Notes: a model not told the origin generated them from the letters alone. Positions 1-13,292 are shown, counted from the stretch's first letter. The stretch is DNA of 64,000 nucleotides from Amoebidium appalachense (GCA_963693365.1 CAVNZM010000001.1:11248161-11312160); one strand, 5' to 3'. Translations and numbers: made by a program.

Positions 1-1499
1 GTACCATAATAAGTATACATCACGGTACGTAGAGTTAAGCTTCTGCAATCTCCGATCCCTTTCATTTTTGGCCAATCATCAATACCTTTACGGTACACTG
101 CCACAATGCATTCACCAACTTTCAGAAGAGCCCTATACCTCACCGAGGGTGCACTGGGCAGTGGCGGAGGCACACTCTGTTTGATAAAAGCCACGAATTG
201 CGTCATTCTTTTTCGTTCTCCTTCCGTGAGCGAATCCGTCGGGTTGGAGATGTTGTTTGACTGGCAAAACGACAGAAACAGTGTCCACGAACCCAGACAA
301 TGCCGCGTAAAGTTAGCTTGTCAAGCATCAAATCGCTGTTTTTGAATCACTGCCAATTCCTGTGCAACCAACGTTGCTCTTCCGTGGTGGTGGTGCTCAT
401 CTTCTGCTGCGACTCCAATTCCAATACTTTCTGCTCAAGCATCTCAAACCGCTCCTGTGACGCCAACATCTCTTTGTACGAGTCTTGCTGCTGAAGCAGA
501 AACGGTTGCATGTCCTGTCCGTTTACCGGGGTGACGTTTGCCGTGGAGGGTTGGGTTGCAAGAGAGGGTTGTGCAGTGGTTGCGGCCGCCTGACCTGGTG
601 GGTTATGTGAAGGAACAGACAAATTTACTGTCGCAATCTGCTGTTGTTGCTGTATCAGAGCCTGGCGCTGCTGTGCAAGTACCTCTTGCAGCATGGTTAT
701 CTGTCGGTTCAAGTCTGTCACCTGTTGGGCTGCAAGGGAGGGCTGTGTTGACAATGTCGCCGCCCGGGCCAACGATAAGTTACTAAAAGGCACAGAGAAA
801 TTTGCAGCCGTCTGTGCAGCCGCATGTGCAGCCACCAGCTGTTGTTGTTGTTGCATTTGTTGTTGCATAAGCTGGTGTCGTTGTAAAAATATCTGGACAG
901 CTTCAGGGGAGAGCGACGCCAACTGCTGCACGTGCTGCGCCGCACGGGAAGACTGCTGTGTCGCCGACGCCCCGGCCAATGCAGCCGCCAGCGTCGCCGC
1001 CACCAACGAATTACCAGAAACAGAATGAGAGGAGTCATTGGCACGGGTCATTGCAATCTGCTTTTGCAACAGTTCTAGCTGTCGTTGCTGTTGCTGCTGC
1101 TTGGCAACCTCCTGACGCACGGAATTCCTAAACGCCGCGTCCTGTGCTGCCTGTGTTGCTTGCAGGGTTGCCGCCGCGCCCGTGTTTCCTCCGGCGCCGG
1201 TTGAAACCGCAGCGACCGAGGAAGGTGTTTACGCAGGAGGTGCGGGAGTCGCCTGAGCCGCGAACTGTGAAATGAGAACGTCCAGAGGCACAGCGTTGAC
1301 GTCCTTGAGGAGAGTGTTTTTAACGAGTTTCAGTCTTTCTTCAATGTCGGCAAGTGACATGCTGTCCCAGGGGGCCTTGGCATGGAACCACAGACGGTTT
1401 TGGGCCAACGTCTTGTGTCAGCCCGGGTTTACATCTTCAAAACCCGACGGTTTTTTCTGCCAGTTTGTCCAGCAGAGCGAGGCCCCTCTTCCGGAGCCC
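1..1499 (-). pseudogene. Disrupted long exon of a Q/A-rich protein of unknown family; continues off the left edge
   Basis: Begins after acceptor ttttgcag at ~1500. Reads GLRKRGLALLDKLAEKTVGF/EDVNPG*HKTLAQNRLWFHAKAPWDSMSLADIEERLKLVKNTLLKD...PPA*TPSS..., then the Q-rich ORF 347-1120, then /QELAVIQKQRFDA*QANFTRHCLGSWTLFLSF...KLNSTYRDVYLLWY. In-frame stops at 1418-1420 (TGA), 1229-1231 (TAA) and 321-323 (TGA), plus frameshifts near 1440 and 395. Confidence 0.65.
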
Positions 1500-1964
1500 C
1501 TGCAAAATAGGGACAATTATCAGTCGATTTCAGTGTGTGTGTCTGTGTGAGTGTGTGTGTGTGCGCGCGCGTATATGTTCGAAAACTAAACTAATCCTTC
1601 ACGGAAGGGAGAAGGGAGAAATGAGAGAGAGAGAGGGGAGGAAAGGAGGGTGGGAGGGAGTGAAAGAGGGGGGATGGGGGGGGGGGGGGGGGGGGGGGGA
1701 CAGCGAGGGAGCGTTGTGGAAAACAATGATTGATAAGGAGCTATGTATCAAGATTCTATCTCCCCCCCCCCCCCCCCCCCCCCCTCCCCCCATCCCCCAC
1801 ACCTTTCACCCTTTCAAACCCCTCCCTAGCCCTCGAGACGAGACTGGCAAAAGAGAAAAGAGAATTTAAAATCCCCCACACAACACAAAAACAAAACACT
1901 CCTAAACAACTTTAAACGCCCGGTAACAGCACCCCATGCATCTACGTTCAGCACAGTCATTCCT

Positions 1965-4900
1965 CTAAGTTAGCCAAAACGACAAGTAGCCAGTAGGGTG
2001 TCCTACCTGGTGGTCTTGAGGTTTGGGTATGCCCCTTGCATAGAACGGCTTTGAGAGAAAGGTGTATCGCGCCCCCCTTGCCTGTGCCTCCCGCTCTGTC
2101 TGTCTGCAAAGCTGCTCCTTCAACTTCCACTTCAATATCATCTGTTTGGAATATGCAGCGGATATTTCATCTTCCTGCACGGGAGATTTGAATCAGCACA
2201 ATGGAAAATCACAAAGGAAACTTTGCTGTTCATTGCAGTCTGAGAGTAAGTGCTGTTGTGCTATAGGGCCGAAGCAGATTGCCAGTAACTGGGATGATGA
2301 CCAGTGGGGATTTGCGCAAATGTTTAGTGTGGCTGAGCCACTAGCTTGCAGCTATCAGTCGGTCATACATGCTGCAAGCTTACACTGCACTACCAAATGC
2401 AATGTTTAGTGTGTATCAGTTATCATAAGTCTCACTGAATAAGGTAGTTAGTAGACTTAGTTCAATTAGTGACCGGGAGAGCAAGCCAAAAGGTAACCTA
2501 AAGACGGTGATCCCATGCAAAAACCTACCAGTAGCCGGACTCTCACACTGTCTAGCAGATTCATCTCTTCCCCAACGGCTGTTCTCAGGCGCTGGAGGTT
2601 GTCCGCATCCGCGACTTGCTGGACATCTTTCGCTTGGATCTCGGCCTCTGCGATTTCAGCCTGTGCATGCAAAGAAAAGGAAAACGGTTAACAATCAGAA
2701 CGATGGGTTGATGTGATAGTTATTAGTAAAGTTTACACTGAAGAGAAGAAAACAGAAACAGCAGCAGCAACAACAACTAACCCCCCCCCCCCCCCCCAAA
2801 AAAAAAAAAAAAAAAAAAAAAACAAAATAACAAAAAAAAACTGTAAAAACAGATGAACTTAGCCCACAGTTATAACCCACGGGAAATTCCCTCTTCGCCG
2901 GGACACAACAATCATCTACTCGGCCAATGACAAGCTTTTGCAGCATACCCTTTGCCTATGTGGAAGCTTCGTAAGTGATTTAATAGAGACTTGTGCATGC
3001 TCAGCCGAAAACCACAAGACAGGCAACCAAGAAGAACAAAGCACCCTGCAACTGTAAGAGATGGCGGAAAAATACCAAAGCTCGCAACACAACTCAAAGT
3101 CCACTAAATGCAGCAAGCACTCTAAAAAGGAGCTGCACATCATGTTGGCTGAACATTGGCTTACCTCTCTTTGCAGATAGTCGGCCAGGCTCTCAATTTG
3201 CTCAAGGGAAAGAGCACAGGCGTCAGAGGAGCTGAACGGAAGGGTGAATTTGCCAACCTGGAAATAGAACTTGTTAAAACTCACTGTGGTTAAATGAACG
3301 CTGGTGGAGGTGGTGGTGTGCACACACACAGTGTGTGTGTGTGTGTGTGCGCGCACACACACAAGCTAGGGGTGGGGCGTTCGGGGGGGGGGGGGGGGGG
3401 GGGGGAGGGGGAGGGAGCAGGGGAGGGGGGATGGAGAAGGGGAGGTTGGAGGGGAAGAAATGAAGGTTGAAGAACTTCAACGGGCAAGATTAGGCGGGAG
3501 AGATGCACAAAGGAAGCCAAACTCAAACCCAATGCACAAAACCACGAAGTCAACGAGTTTGCAATTCGAAATGCTCTTGCATGAGCCGTAGGCACGATGA
3601 GGATGGGTTTAAATCGCCACGAAGAATAGTGGTATGTGGTTAAACTCTCTAGGGCCTCTCCTCATGCGAGTTCACAAATTCATTTTTTGTTTCACAAGCA
3701 ACAGATGTCAAGTCAAGCCGTCTTTCCAAACAAACCAAAAAGGAGCAAAATTGGTCAGACAGGAGGAGCGGTTTTGGGGGTTGGAAGTGGGTTTCAAGCG
3801 GGAAATGCGAACACCGTTGGAAAACCTTAGCCTTTGTAGCCGGGATCATTGAAAGCGAGAAACCTGTTGTAGCCACGATGATTTAAGTCGATCTTGCAAG
3901 CAGATGTTTTCCCAAGCCAAACCGCAACAGTTTGACGAGAAGGCAACCAGGCAAGAACACCCATGCACAAAACTCTGGTGTGGTATTATCCGCCATCAAT
4001 ATTTTTAGTAAAACGCGCACTCTCATGAGGAAAATGTGTGACAAGCAAAGGCATTGTTACCTTGATTGGCGCTGTTGCAGCTGCTGGAGCCATCTTCTTG
4101 GCTGGAACACGGGCACAGAGGGGTAGCTTGAATGTGCGCCGAAATTCGCTCTACGCTGGCCCCAGATTGGTTGTTACAAACTAATATCAGTTCCCCCTAT
4201 GATTTTCAGCCAAAAAAATTCCCCTCCTTTCTTTCTTTCCATAGATCTGCCATTAGGCTACGTGAAATGAAACGTTCTGGGCTGAGCTTTATGAGCGAGT
4301 GAAAAAGGTCACCCACACGTATGTTGCCGAAGCAAATATGCCAAGACAAAAGGTTGGTGGCAGCCTGCTTTTCTGACTGAGTCAGATGATGAAACAATCT
4401 ATATCTGTGATGTTCAATTAAAACGTGTGTGACGGCTAATTGCGGGTACGTATACAGCAAAACATGGCCCCCTACTTCCCCCCCCCTCCCCCCCCCCCCC
4501 CCCCCCCCGGCCCCCCCTCCTCCCCCCGCCCTCTCCCCCCCCCCCCCCCCCCCCCCCCCCCACACCCCCACGGCCCACCCACCCCCACCCTCACCCACCC
4601 TTCACCCCCTCCATCATCACGCCCCAGCCATCCCTGTGACATGCACGCTTAATCTCCCTACCCGTTTTCTGGTTGCCATCTTCCATCATTCTAGCTGCCC
4701 ATTTCAGTCTCGAACGTTTCCTCTCTCTCCCGCTCGGATCCCCTAATACACCCACTTGAGTCATCCAATAGCAACCCTTGAAGTTATGTTGCTTTGAGCT
4801 CCCTTTTTACACACACATATACCTTTCAAGCACACATCCCTCCGGATTTCCCTTTGGCATGTCAGCATGTCAAGCCCTAGGCCTGCCCCCCCCCCCCCCC

Positions 4901-6307
4901 CTCCCCCCCCCCCCGGCCCCCCCCCCTCCCCCCCCCCCCCTCCCCCCCCCCCCCCCCCCCGGCCTCCGCCCGTCACGGGGCCCCACCCCTACTCCCTCTT
5001 TTTTCCAAGGATAGCTTAATTAATTTAAAAAACCCCATCTATTTTGAAGGGGTAATAGGCGACAGGCTCTTGCAGACCAGTCATGAAGAGGCTGAGATCC
5101 TTCCATCTTCGTATTGTCTTCCTCCGAGACCCACCCTTCTGGTGTGTGTGTGTGCATGTGTGTGTACGTGAGCGTGAGCGTGTTTTTGTGTGTGCGTGTG
5201 CGTCTCTCTCTCTCCCTCTGTGTGTGTGTGTGTGTTTGTGTGTGCGTGTGTGTGTGTATGCGACACTGTGTGCGCGCGCGCATCAGTGTGTGAGTGTGTG
5301 TTTGTATCGATCATGTGCGACTCTGCCAAACCGGTTCCAACCCACCTTACTCCCCTTGCACCAGTTTTAAGGACATTGCGCGACACACTATTTTGATTTG
5401 TTACTGTCCCACTCAGCTTTGTCCCACAAGTGAGCAACGGGATTAGTTTTTTGTTTATATGCCCGAAACCTGCTCGTGCTGTTGGTGACCTGCCTACACA
5501 CGAATCTGCGTGTGCATAAGTAAGTAATTATGCATGATTTCGATCGTCCGCAACCAAAAACAGGTCACCCCTACGCTTTTTGCTGAATACACATGCCGAT
5601 GTAAGAGTTAGGTGGCAGCCTGTGTTACTCAGTGAGATCTACACTACAACTTCCGTAAATCAAGAGTTCAACAAAGTAACATGCCCCCCTCTCCCCCGCC
5701 CCCCCCCTCTCCCCCTCCCCCTCCCCCTTCCCCTCCCTTTCCTCTTACCTCTCCCTCTCCTTCTCAATCTCACGGATCACCTCCTAACCAATCAAACCAT
5801 CCAGTAACAACCCCTGAAGTTATGCTCAATTTACATTTATTTGTGCCACACATAGATGAAGGCTCCGCTTGAATTCTTCTCGTTGGTTTGTCAGGTTTGG
5901 AATCATTATGCCCCCCCCCCCCCCTTCTCTCTCCCCCCCCCCACCCCCGTGTTCTTGCCTTACTGCAGCCCCCCCACCCCCCTCAACCCCCCTCCCCCCT
6001 TCCCCCCCTCCCCCCCCCCTCCCCCCTCCCCACCAGCGAGGACACCCGTGTTGCATGCACTGTGACATTGCTGATGTGGTTAAGCCCTCCACTGGGCGTC
6101 CCAGGCCCTGCTCCTGGTTCAGTTCCGGGGACATCCTCGGAAATTTTGGGCGTCCGAGAGGCAGGGGAGAGGGGAACGACCCACATCCCATCCATCTACA
6201 CCGAGCACAGGCACACACACAAGCACGCTCATGCGTGCGAACACACACGCCCGAGCACACACACGCGAGAACACACACATACATGCACGCACGCACGCAC
6301 GGGCGGA

Positions 6308-6359
<52 letters not shown>

Positions 6360-6360
6360 T

Positions 6361-6395
<35 letters not shown>

Positions 6396-6860
6396 CACAC
6401 GCACGCACGCACGCACGCACGCACACACAGACACACACACACGCACACACGCACACACGCACGCACACACACATACACGCACACCTCTAGATCGGACGTT
6501 GAATAGCCCATATGCCAGACAAGACCTGTAATAGATGAGAGAGAAACAACTTCTTTTTGAGCGCATGGGGATGTTTGTGCGTTCGGAAGCCTTTTTCTCC
6601 TCTGGAGGTCTGGATCTGCTTAGGTGATATTTCAAGCCATAATCCATCTTCCTTGACCACACGTCTGTGTTTTACAGACTGTATCCCACAATCAATTTCT
6701 AAAATGAGCACTCAATTTATACCAGGTCTATGTGTTTTGGTGGAGGGGCAATCTCTCTTAGTGATTGCACAGTTACCTGTGCAAGCATACGATTAGCCCG
6801 TCGAAAATGACTGCTGCTGGGAATTCCAGAGCACCTCGCCATCTTGCCAGAATTTGCCCC
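1965..6860 (-). pseudogene. Further decayed exon-like segments, probably upstream exons of the same pseudogene or a degenerate transposase gene
   Basis: Protein-like peptides bounded by plausible AG/GT sites between microsatellite blocks: ~2005-2180 (SKQMILKWKLKEQLCRQTEREAQ), ~2545-2660 (AEIAEAEIQAKDVQQVADADNLQRL), ~3160-3260 (VGKFTLPFSSSDACALSLEQIESLADYLQRE), ~4240-4440 (VTHVLIEHHRYRLFHHLTQSEKQAATNLLSW), ~6485-6650 (DYGLKYHLSRSRPPEEKKASERTNIPMRSKRSC). I could not join them into an intact frame. Confidence 0.35.
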
Positions 6861-7389
6861 CCTGAACTCAATGCAAAATAAATAGCCAGGCCTAAAAGTG
6901 GGAAAACATGGTGTCGTTTCCTGACATACTACCCCTCCCCCTCTCCCCCCCAAAAATAAAATAAAATAAAATAAAATAAAATAAAAACGCCAGACATATG
7001 TATGTACCAGCAGTGGCTTTATCGACAGGTGCAGGAGAAACATGTGATCAGTCGCTTCACTTTTTGTAATGCCTCTGTTAAATTACTAAGTCCGTGTTGA
7101 AGGAATTGTAATAGCAAGTTTCCATATTCTTCTGCCCTTCCTCCCTTGTGAACTACTCTCTAAATGCCTCACCTTGCTCAACAGGACAACACGACAGGCA
7201 CAAATCCGTCTACATACCCACGTACTTGCGATTCCTTGCAAAAGAAAATTCCAAATAGGGCAAAAGGAGACTTATCGCTAATATCATGTGTATCTCATCG
7301 CAGCGAAATCATTCCCCAGCACTATTCCCCCCCCCCCCCCCCCCTCCCCCCCCTGGCCAAGACCGAACCTTGCCAGGACCCGGCAACAG

Positions 7390-7420
<31 letters not shown>

Positions 7421-7641
7421 ATCTCTCCCTCCCTCCCACCCTGCTCCCCCCTCCCCGCCCGGTGGTGTGTTTCATGGTGCATATCATATCAGTGAAAGCA
7501 CGGTGGAGCAGTTGCACTTAAATATCGGCCGTGATTGATTGTAGTTCATTTTGTGGACCACGTTGTGTGTGTGTGTGTGTGTGTGTAGAAGATTAAGAGA
7601 GTACTGGCATCGTGTCCACTGTGTGGTATTGGTCACCATCC

Positions 7642-7687
<46 letters not shown>

Positions 7688-8154
7688 ACATACACGCATA
7701 CACACACCCAACTTCTCTCAAAAGTACCCTGAGATAAGCAATATTTACAAAACGTTTTACTACTGTATTGGGGGCATTGCGGCAAAGACACAGGTGCGTA
7801 CTTCCATGAATTATTACCTAATAGTACAAACACACACACATTTTCAGCTGTTTCAATCTGCATGTCTTGATTTGTACCCTAACTGTTTTTCCCACCAAAC
7901 CCCCTTTTTTGGGCTAGCACGGCCCGGTCTTGAATACGAATAATCTGGTCAGGATCAGCCTGCAGTGACGGGGGACACAGGCAGGGTAGGAGTAGTGATG
8001 ATTGAATGGACCCCCCCCCCCCCCCCCCCCTCCCCACCTCCCTCCACTCATTCCTCCTCCCCCCCCCCCTCCCCCCCCCCCCCCGCGCTCTCACACTTGC
8101 CGGCTCAATCCCTATTGCGCGTCCGCATGGTAAGTTAAGGGGGTACTATTAGAG

Positions 8155-8477
8155 CGGGGGTCACCATCATAAATTTGGTAGTTTTCTTCCCACAATCAAG
8201 GCCTGAAAACCATTTTATTGCACATATGCCTGTTCAGTGCATGTGCAGGTGGTGACTTGTCCACACCGGAAACCTGCACGCACAAACCTGTTTGCAGTGT
8301 GGAGTACTCTGCTTGGGCCGCTGAGGCCGGCAGTGAGTGATGAGTGGCCCATGCGTGCCGCAATGCTTCATCAAAAGGTCACCCAAAAGATTATTGCTGA
8401 TGCAAAAATGTCTGTAAAAGGGCTAGATGGCAACTGAATAAACACTTTTAAGACAAATTAATCACCCACCGTGAGTC

Positions 8478-8513
<36 letters not shown>

Positions 8514-8960
8514 ACTCCTCCCTCTCCCCACTATTTCCCTTCTGTTCACCCCTCCTACTGATAACCCTTTACTTAGCAATATCCCCATTTTGGGGCACGC
8601 TCGAAGAAACCCCCCTCCCCCCCCCCACTTTCCACACAAACTTTTTCGCACACACACACACACACACCTCCCCCCCCCCCCCCCCCCCCTTCTTCCCTCC
8701 CTCACTACACCCACTCACCCACACCCACCCACCCAAACCGGTGACCCCGCCCCTATTTGCTCTTCCGCATGTCTAATTAAGGTAATACGAACGGTTCTAG
8801 AAGGCATAGAATGATCGGGGATCATCACCAATTTTAATTTTGATGTCCCACAATCAAGTGCCTAAAACAGTTTCTTACATAAATGCCTGTTCCATCATGA
8901 TGTGCAGGTGGTAGCCTGTCCACATTGGAAGCTGCATGCACAAATGTGCTTGCATTCTCC
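8155..8960. repeat. Diverged direct repeat pair (~140 bp; 8155-8300 and 8815-8960)
   Basis: Both copies share the same-order blocks cccacaatcaag, atgcctgttc, atgtgcaggtggt, tgtccaca and ctgca(c/t)gcacaaa. Confidence 0.7.
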
Positions 8961-9829
8961 TTTCTTAAGTTTCTTAAGTCCTCGGTTTGACCTATGTGTG
9001 TTCCACTCACCTTGGTCAATGGCTAACCCCCATCAATGTAAAAACTGGTTAGAAGAATGACCATATACCCCGCGAAGGCTTTCTATCCTTTTCTAAATCC
9101 TATCCATGCGCGCGCGCGCACACACACACACACACACAAACTACCACTTACACTTACAGTCACGGCGGTGATACACATCAATACACATAAACCGGTGTCA
9201 AACACACTCCCAACACACAAACACGCCCTATATGTGGTAGACACGTAATTTATCTTGAAAACTCAATAACAAAACTCAAATCAACATATTTGGCTTTTCG
9301 AGGCTAGGCTTTATTTCAAAGTTGCATAGAAAATCATGGAACTTGATCACTGTGTTGCTCATATATGGACCGCACCTCCAATCATCAGTCAGTAGAATAT
9401 GCTGGTATGCAGCCAGTATCTATGTGATATAAACACGAGACATGTACAGTCCAATAAATCCAACGTTTGTTTATGCAAATATTTCTAACAGATACATCAT
9501 AAACCTACATTTTAAAACAACCTTCGTTTCAGAAATCCTTTTTATCAACGAACCAATCCACCCCTCTTTAGGCACCTTGTGAATACGTCGTATGATTGAT
9601 CCACGCCTGTAGTATCAGATATCAATCACACAAATATTCTATTCTTTTCCTATGGGGCCACTCGTGTAGTTCTTCTTATCTTCTCTAGTGGAGCCGGTGT
9701 CTACTGTCTCTTGGATTTTTAATTCTTATGTTAGTTTGAAATTTAAAATTTTATGTTAGTAGGTAGTTTTACATTTCTAGGTATTTAGCCAGTTAGCTCT
9801 TTTTCTATTCTTTATAGCAAAAAACACAC

Positions 9830-11497
9830 TCAAACCTGTGAGAACTCAACCCTCCTGTTTGTGTAGACCTTGAAACCATAAGCAGCGCCCACCACACCTG
9901 CCACCACACCGGCAACCGCGCCCACAACCACACCATAGAAAGCCGTGTCGTTGGAGCTCACTTCCTCCATCTGCTGAGCGGCACGGCGCTTGCTCCCATA
10001 CTTGCGTGCGTCGGCATCAAGCAAAACCCTGAACATGTTATCCTCCATGGTAACAGACTGCTCTGGCTCCATGGACGTGGCGGCGGGCGTCTTGGTCGGC
10101 TTGGTGGTCTTTGAAGGCTTGCCGGTGGGGGATGCAACCGGCTTTTCTGTGACTGAAGGCTTATCACTCGGCTTCTCGACCGGCTTCTCCGTAGCTGCCG
10201 GCTCCTCCGAGGCCGAAGTTTCAACTGGGGCCTCTGAGGACTTGACGGGTTTTGTGGCCGGAGACTCGACGGGGGGTTCGGCCGGGGACTCGGATGGCGC
10301 TGCCGATGCGTCTGAGGCGACAGGTGTTTCTGCAGCGGTGCCGGTGGGTGCAGCCGACTGGTCGGGGGTTGCGGGTGCCTCACTGGCACTGCCAGACTCG
10401 GCAGGGGCCTCAGAGGGGTTCACGACCGGGGCAGTAGAGGGGACGGCTGCACTCTCGGTAGGTGCGGGGCTGGCGGCAGTCTGGTCACCGGGGGCTACAG
10501 ACTGGTCACCGCCCGCGGTTGCGGCTGGGATGGCCTCCCCACCGGGGTAGGTGCCAGTCACACCGGGGGGCAGGGGCTTGGCCTGTGTCTCGAGGGGGGC
10601 ACCGGTGTTGGCAGCCGAGGCAGAGGCATCGGGGGGAGCAGCAGAAGCCCCGGTGCCGGCAGATGCCGCACCAGTCTCGGGGGCCGCACCAGTGGCAGAG
10701 CCGGCCACACCGGCAGTGGGTGCAGAGGTAGGGGCAGCAGACTCGGAGCCAGAAGAGGCAGGGGCAGAGGCGTCAGCAGGGGCCGTGGCTGCGGAGGTGG
10801 GGGCGCCTGACGTGGCAGCTGGCTCCGTAGCGGGGGCAGACGGGGCAGCAGAAGAGGCCGCGGGTGCCTCAGAGCCGGCAGCAGGGGCCGTGGCACCCGC
10901 CGTGGGCGGGGCACTGGCATCGTTGGCAGGGGCCGGAGCTGGTGTGGTGGCTGCGGGCTCAGCGGGAGCAGCAGAAGTGGCCAGGGGCACGGAGGGGGTG
11001 GTGGCGGGTGCAGCAGGAGTGGTCGCTGGGGCAGAGGGCTGAGCTACGTCCGTGCCGGCTGCGGGGGGTTTGGCCGGCTGGGTGGCTGCCGGCTCCGTGG
11101 CCGGCTGGGACGGCTGGGCAGGCTTTGTGGCAGCAGCTGAAGGCTCGGCAGGCTGGGTGGCGACGGGTGCGGAAGGCTCGGCGTTGTTGGTGGCTGCAGG
11201 CTCAGCAGGGGGCTTGGCTGGCTCGGTGCCGGCGGCGGGGGGAGGCTGCTCGACGGGGGGCTGGGCAGGCTGGGTGCTTGCAACAGAGGCTGGCTCGGTG
11301 GCTGCAGCCGCAGGGGCGGTGGCACCGGCAGCCTCAGTGGCAGCCGCAGCCGCTGTGTTGGGCTCACCGGCAGGAATGGCACCTGCCCCGGCGGCAGACT
11401 CGCCCGGCACAGCCGAGGGCTCGGCTATGGGCTGCGTTTCCTGGGCAGCAATGGCTGTGGCAGCGGCCAGCAGAGCAACAAGTGTGACTGTGCGCAT
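9830..11497 (-). CDS. Intronless Ala/Pro/Thr/Ser-rich (mucin-like) single-pass type I membrane protein, ~555 aa
   Basis: Uninterrupted GC-rich ORF. Signal peptide MRTVTLVALLAAATAIAA (ATG at 11497; the longer track start is less likely), ~480 aa Cys-free PAST/E-rich ectodomain, TM FYGVVVGAVAGVVAGVVGAAYGF, short tail KVYTNRRVEFSQV*. Confidence 0.9.
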   Translation of the reverse strand: MRTVTLVALLAAATAIAAQETQPIAEPSAVPGESAAGAGAIPAGEPNTAAAAATEAAGATAPAAAATEPASVASTQPAQPPVEQPPPAAGTEPAKPPAEPAATNNAEPSAPVATQPAEPSAAATKPAQPSQPATEPAATQPAKPPAAGTDVAQPSAPATTPAAPATTPSVPLATSAAPAEPAATTPAPAPANDASAPPTAGATAPAAGSEAPAASSAAPSAPATEPAATSGAPTSAATAPADASAPASSGSESAAPTSAPTAGVAGSATGAAPETGAASAGTGASAAPPDASASAANTGAPLETQAKPLPPGVTGTYPGGEAIPAATAGGDQSVAPGDQTAASPAPTESAAVPSTAPVVNPSEAPAESGSASEAPATPDQSAAPTGTAAETPVASDASAAPSESPAEPPVESPATKPVKSSEAPVETSASEEPAATEKPVEKPSDKPSVTEKPVASPTGKPSKTTKPTKTPAATSMEPEQSVTMEDNMFRVLLDADARKYGSKRRAAQQMEEVSSNDTAFYGVVVGAVAGVVAGVVGAAYGFKVYTNRRVEFSQV

Positions 11498-13244
11498 TTT
11501 GGCTGGTGGCATAGGTGCTCCGTATGAACTGGTGTTACAGATCCGTTTGGTGCTTATATGCAAAATGCTATCGTTATGTGGAAAGCCGTGTCGTTACACG
11601 ATGTTCAGAAACAGCTACAGTTGTTATCACGTAGTTACAAAAGACAACGATACGACGTGCTGGGCTAACTCGCCCTGTGTGTGTGCCTTGCTGTGTGTGT
11701 GCCTTGCATGAATTTTGCTTGCGGTTTTATTTTTCTCAGTGGCCTCACAGGAACTCGCGACACAGTTTGAGCAGCTACTATGAGCTATGATTTGTAGGTT
11801 TAAAAACTAAAACCAGCGAATCAGCGCACATTACAATCTATAAACCTTAGTAAGCCAACCTACAATAATCTATAAACCTGAGTAAGCCAACTTAATCGAC
11901 CTCAAATTATTGCCTTAAGTTTTAATTGAGTCAGAGATTTGATCTGCTAAGGAATGTGCCGGACTTGGCGGAGGAGTGCAAAACCACCTCATTCTGAGGT
12001 GGCCTTCCCATCGGAGTCAAGCGTGTGCACTTCCTCATTTATAAACCATCGACTAAACCAATAATTCATATACAATAGATAAAGATAATGAGATTATACG
12101 CTCTGGTGTAGAGATTTTTTGTGTTAACTAAGGGCAAAGGACTCATTTAAAACCAGGAACTTCGGATGTAAACAAACGATTTGTTCTAAGTAAAAGATTG
12201 GGCGATGCTCATAAATAACACATTTCCGATTGGCTTACTTTACTGAACTGCAGCCGCCAAATGTGATTGGCTTATTCTCAAATCTACAGAACGTCTCCTC
12301 ACACCCTCAAAATTGCATTCTTTTTTTTATATTTTCTTATGACCGCCACCCGAACAAGCCTTCAAGTTTAAGGCTTACTTAGCCAATTATCAAAATTATT
12401 TGTTCGAAAAGGAATGTATGAGATTTTCAACAGTAAAGGCTTCCTGAAGACCGTATGAATACTAAATAGTTACTCATGCTGTACAGGAAGCTTGGCCGGT
12501 AGGCTACAGTAGTACAGGTGTCCACAGCAATAAATTTTGTGTAAAACCCTTGACTCGAGTCAAGCGATTCATCTGATATATAATCATCATATTATCAGTC
12601 AATGAACTTCGAACCGTCAGAACTTGAGAGTCTTCTGTCTACTAGCAGCCTCAAAAAACCCCAAAAATATGCCATAAATTCAAACTAAACTACAATATTA
12701 ATCTTTACATATATACCTCAGTCATTGCCGTTAAGGTGAACGTGTCCGTCACTGATCGTGATGGTGCCGGCCAATTAATTACCATGCAAAAAATTTAAAA
12801 TTACAGATATCATTTGTCTGGGGGTGGTTTAGAAATGTGGATAGGGAGAAACACCGATCTCGAATTCCAATCTGATTCGTGACTGCCCCCGAGTCCTCCT
12901 ATTTTTTTGTAAGAATCGCGCACCAAAAGTTCCCATGTATTGTAGGAATATACGTCATACATAAAGCATATGTTTTTGTATGTATTGCTGAGTCGTGCAC
13001 TATGTATGTTCATATCCCTCTTCGATACAGTATGCATGATAAAAAACCTTGTGTCATATCGGATCCCAAGACATGCAAAAATGGCACGTATCAAAATTTT
13101 AGTGCGCCAGGTGGTGAATCATGCATGCCATGAGTCACATGCCCCCCGGCGATCGACCGAGTCGTCACCACGGCCACTTTGTACAAATCATAATATGCAT
13201 ATTAGGACTCACCAGGTCATATTTTTTTCCTTCGACGGGATGCA

Positions 13245-13292
<48 letters not shown>

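Noticed and set aside
6487-6711. Peptide VVKEDGLWLEISPKQIQTSRGEKG resembling a tyrosine-recombinase strand
   Set aside because: No R-H-R-Y catalytic residues were found nearby, and another frame is equally plausible.
9958-11711. Overlapping alternative-frame and antisense ORFs over the mucin-like gene
   Set aside because: These are expected shadows of a GC-rich repetitive CDS.
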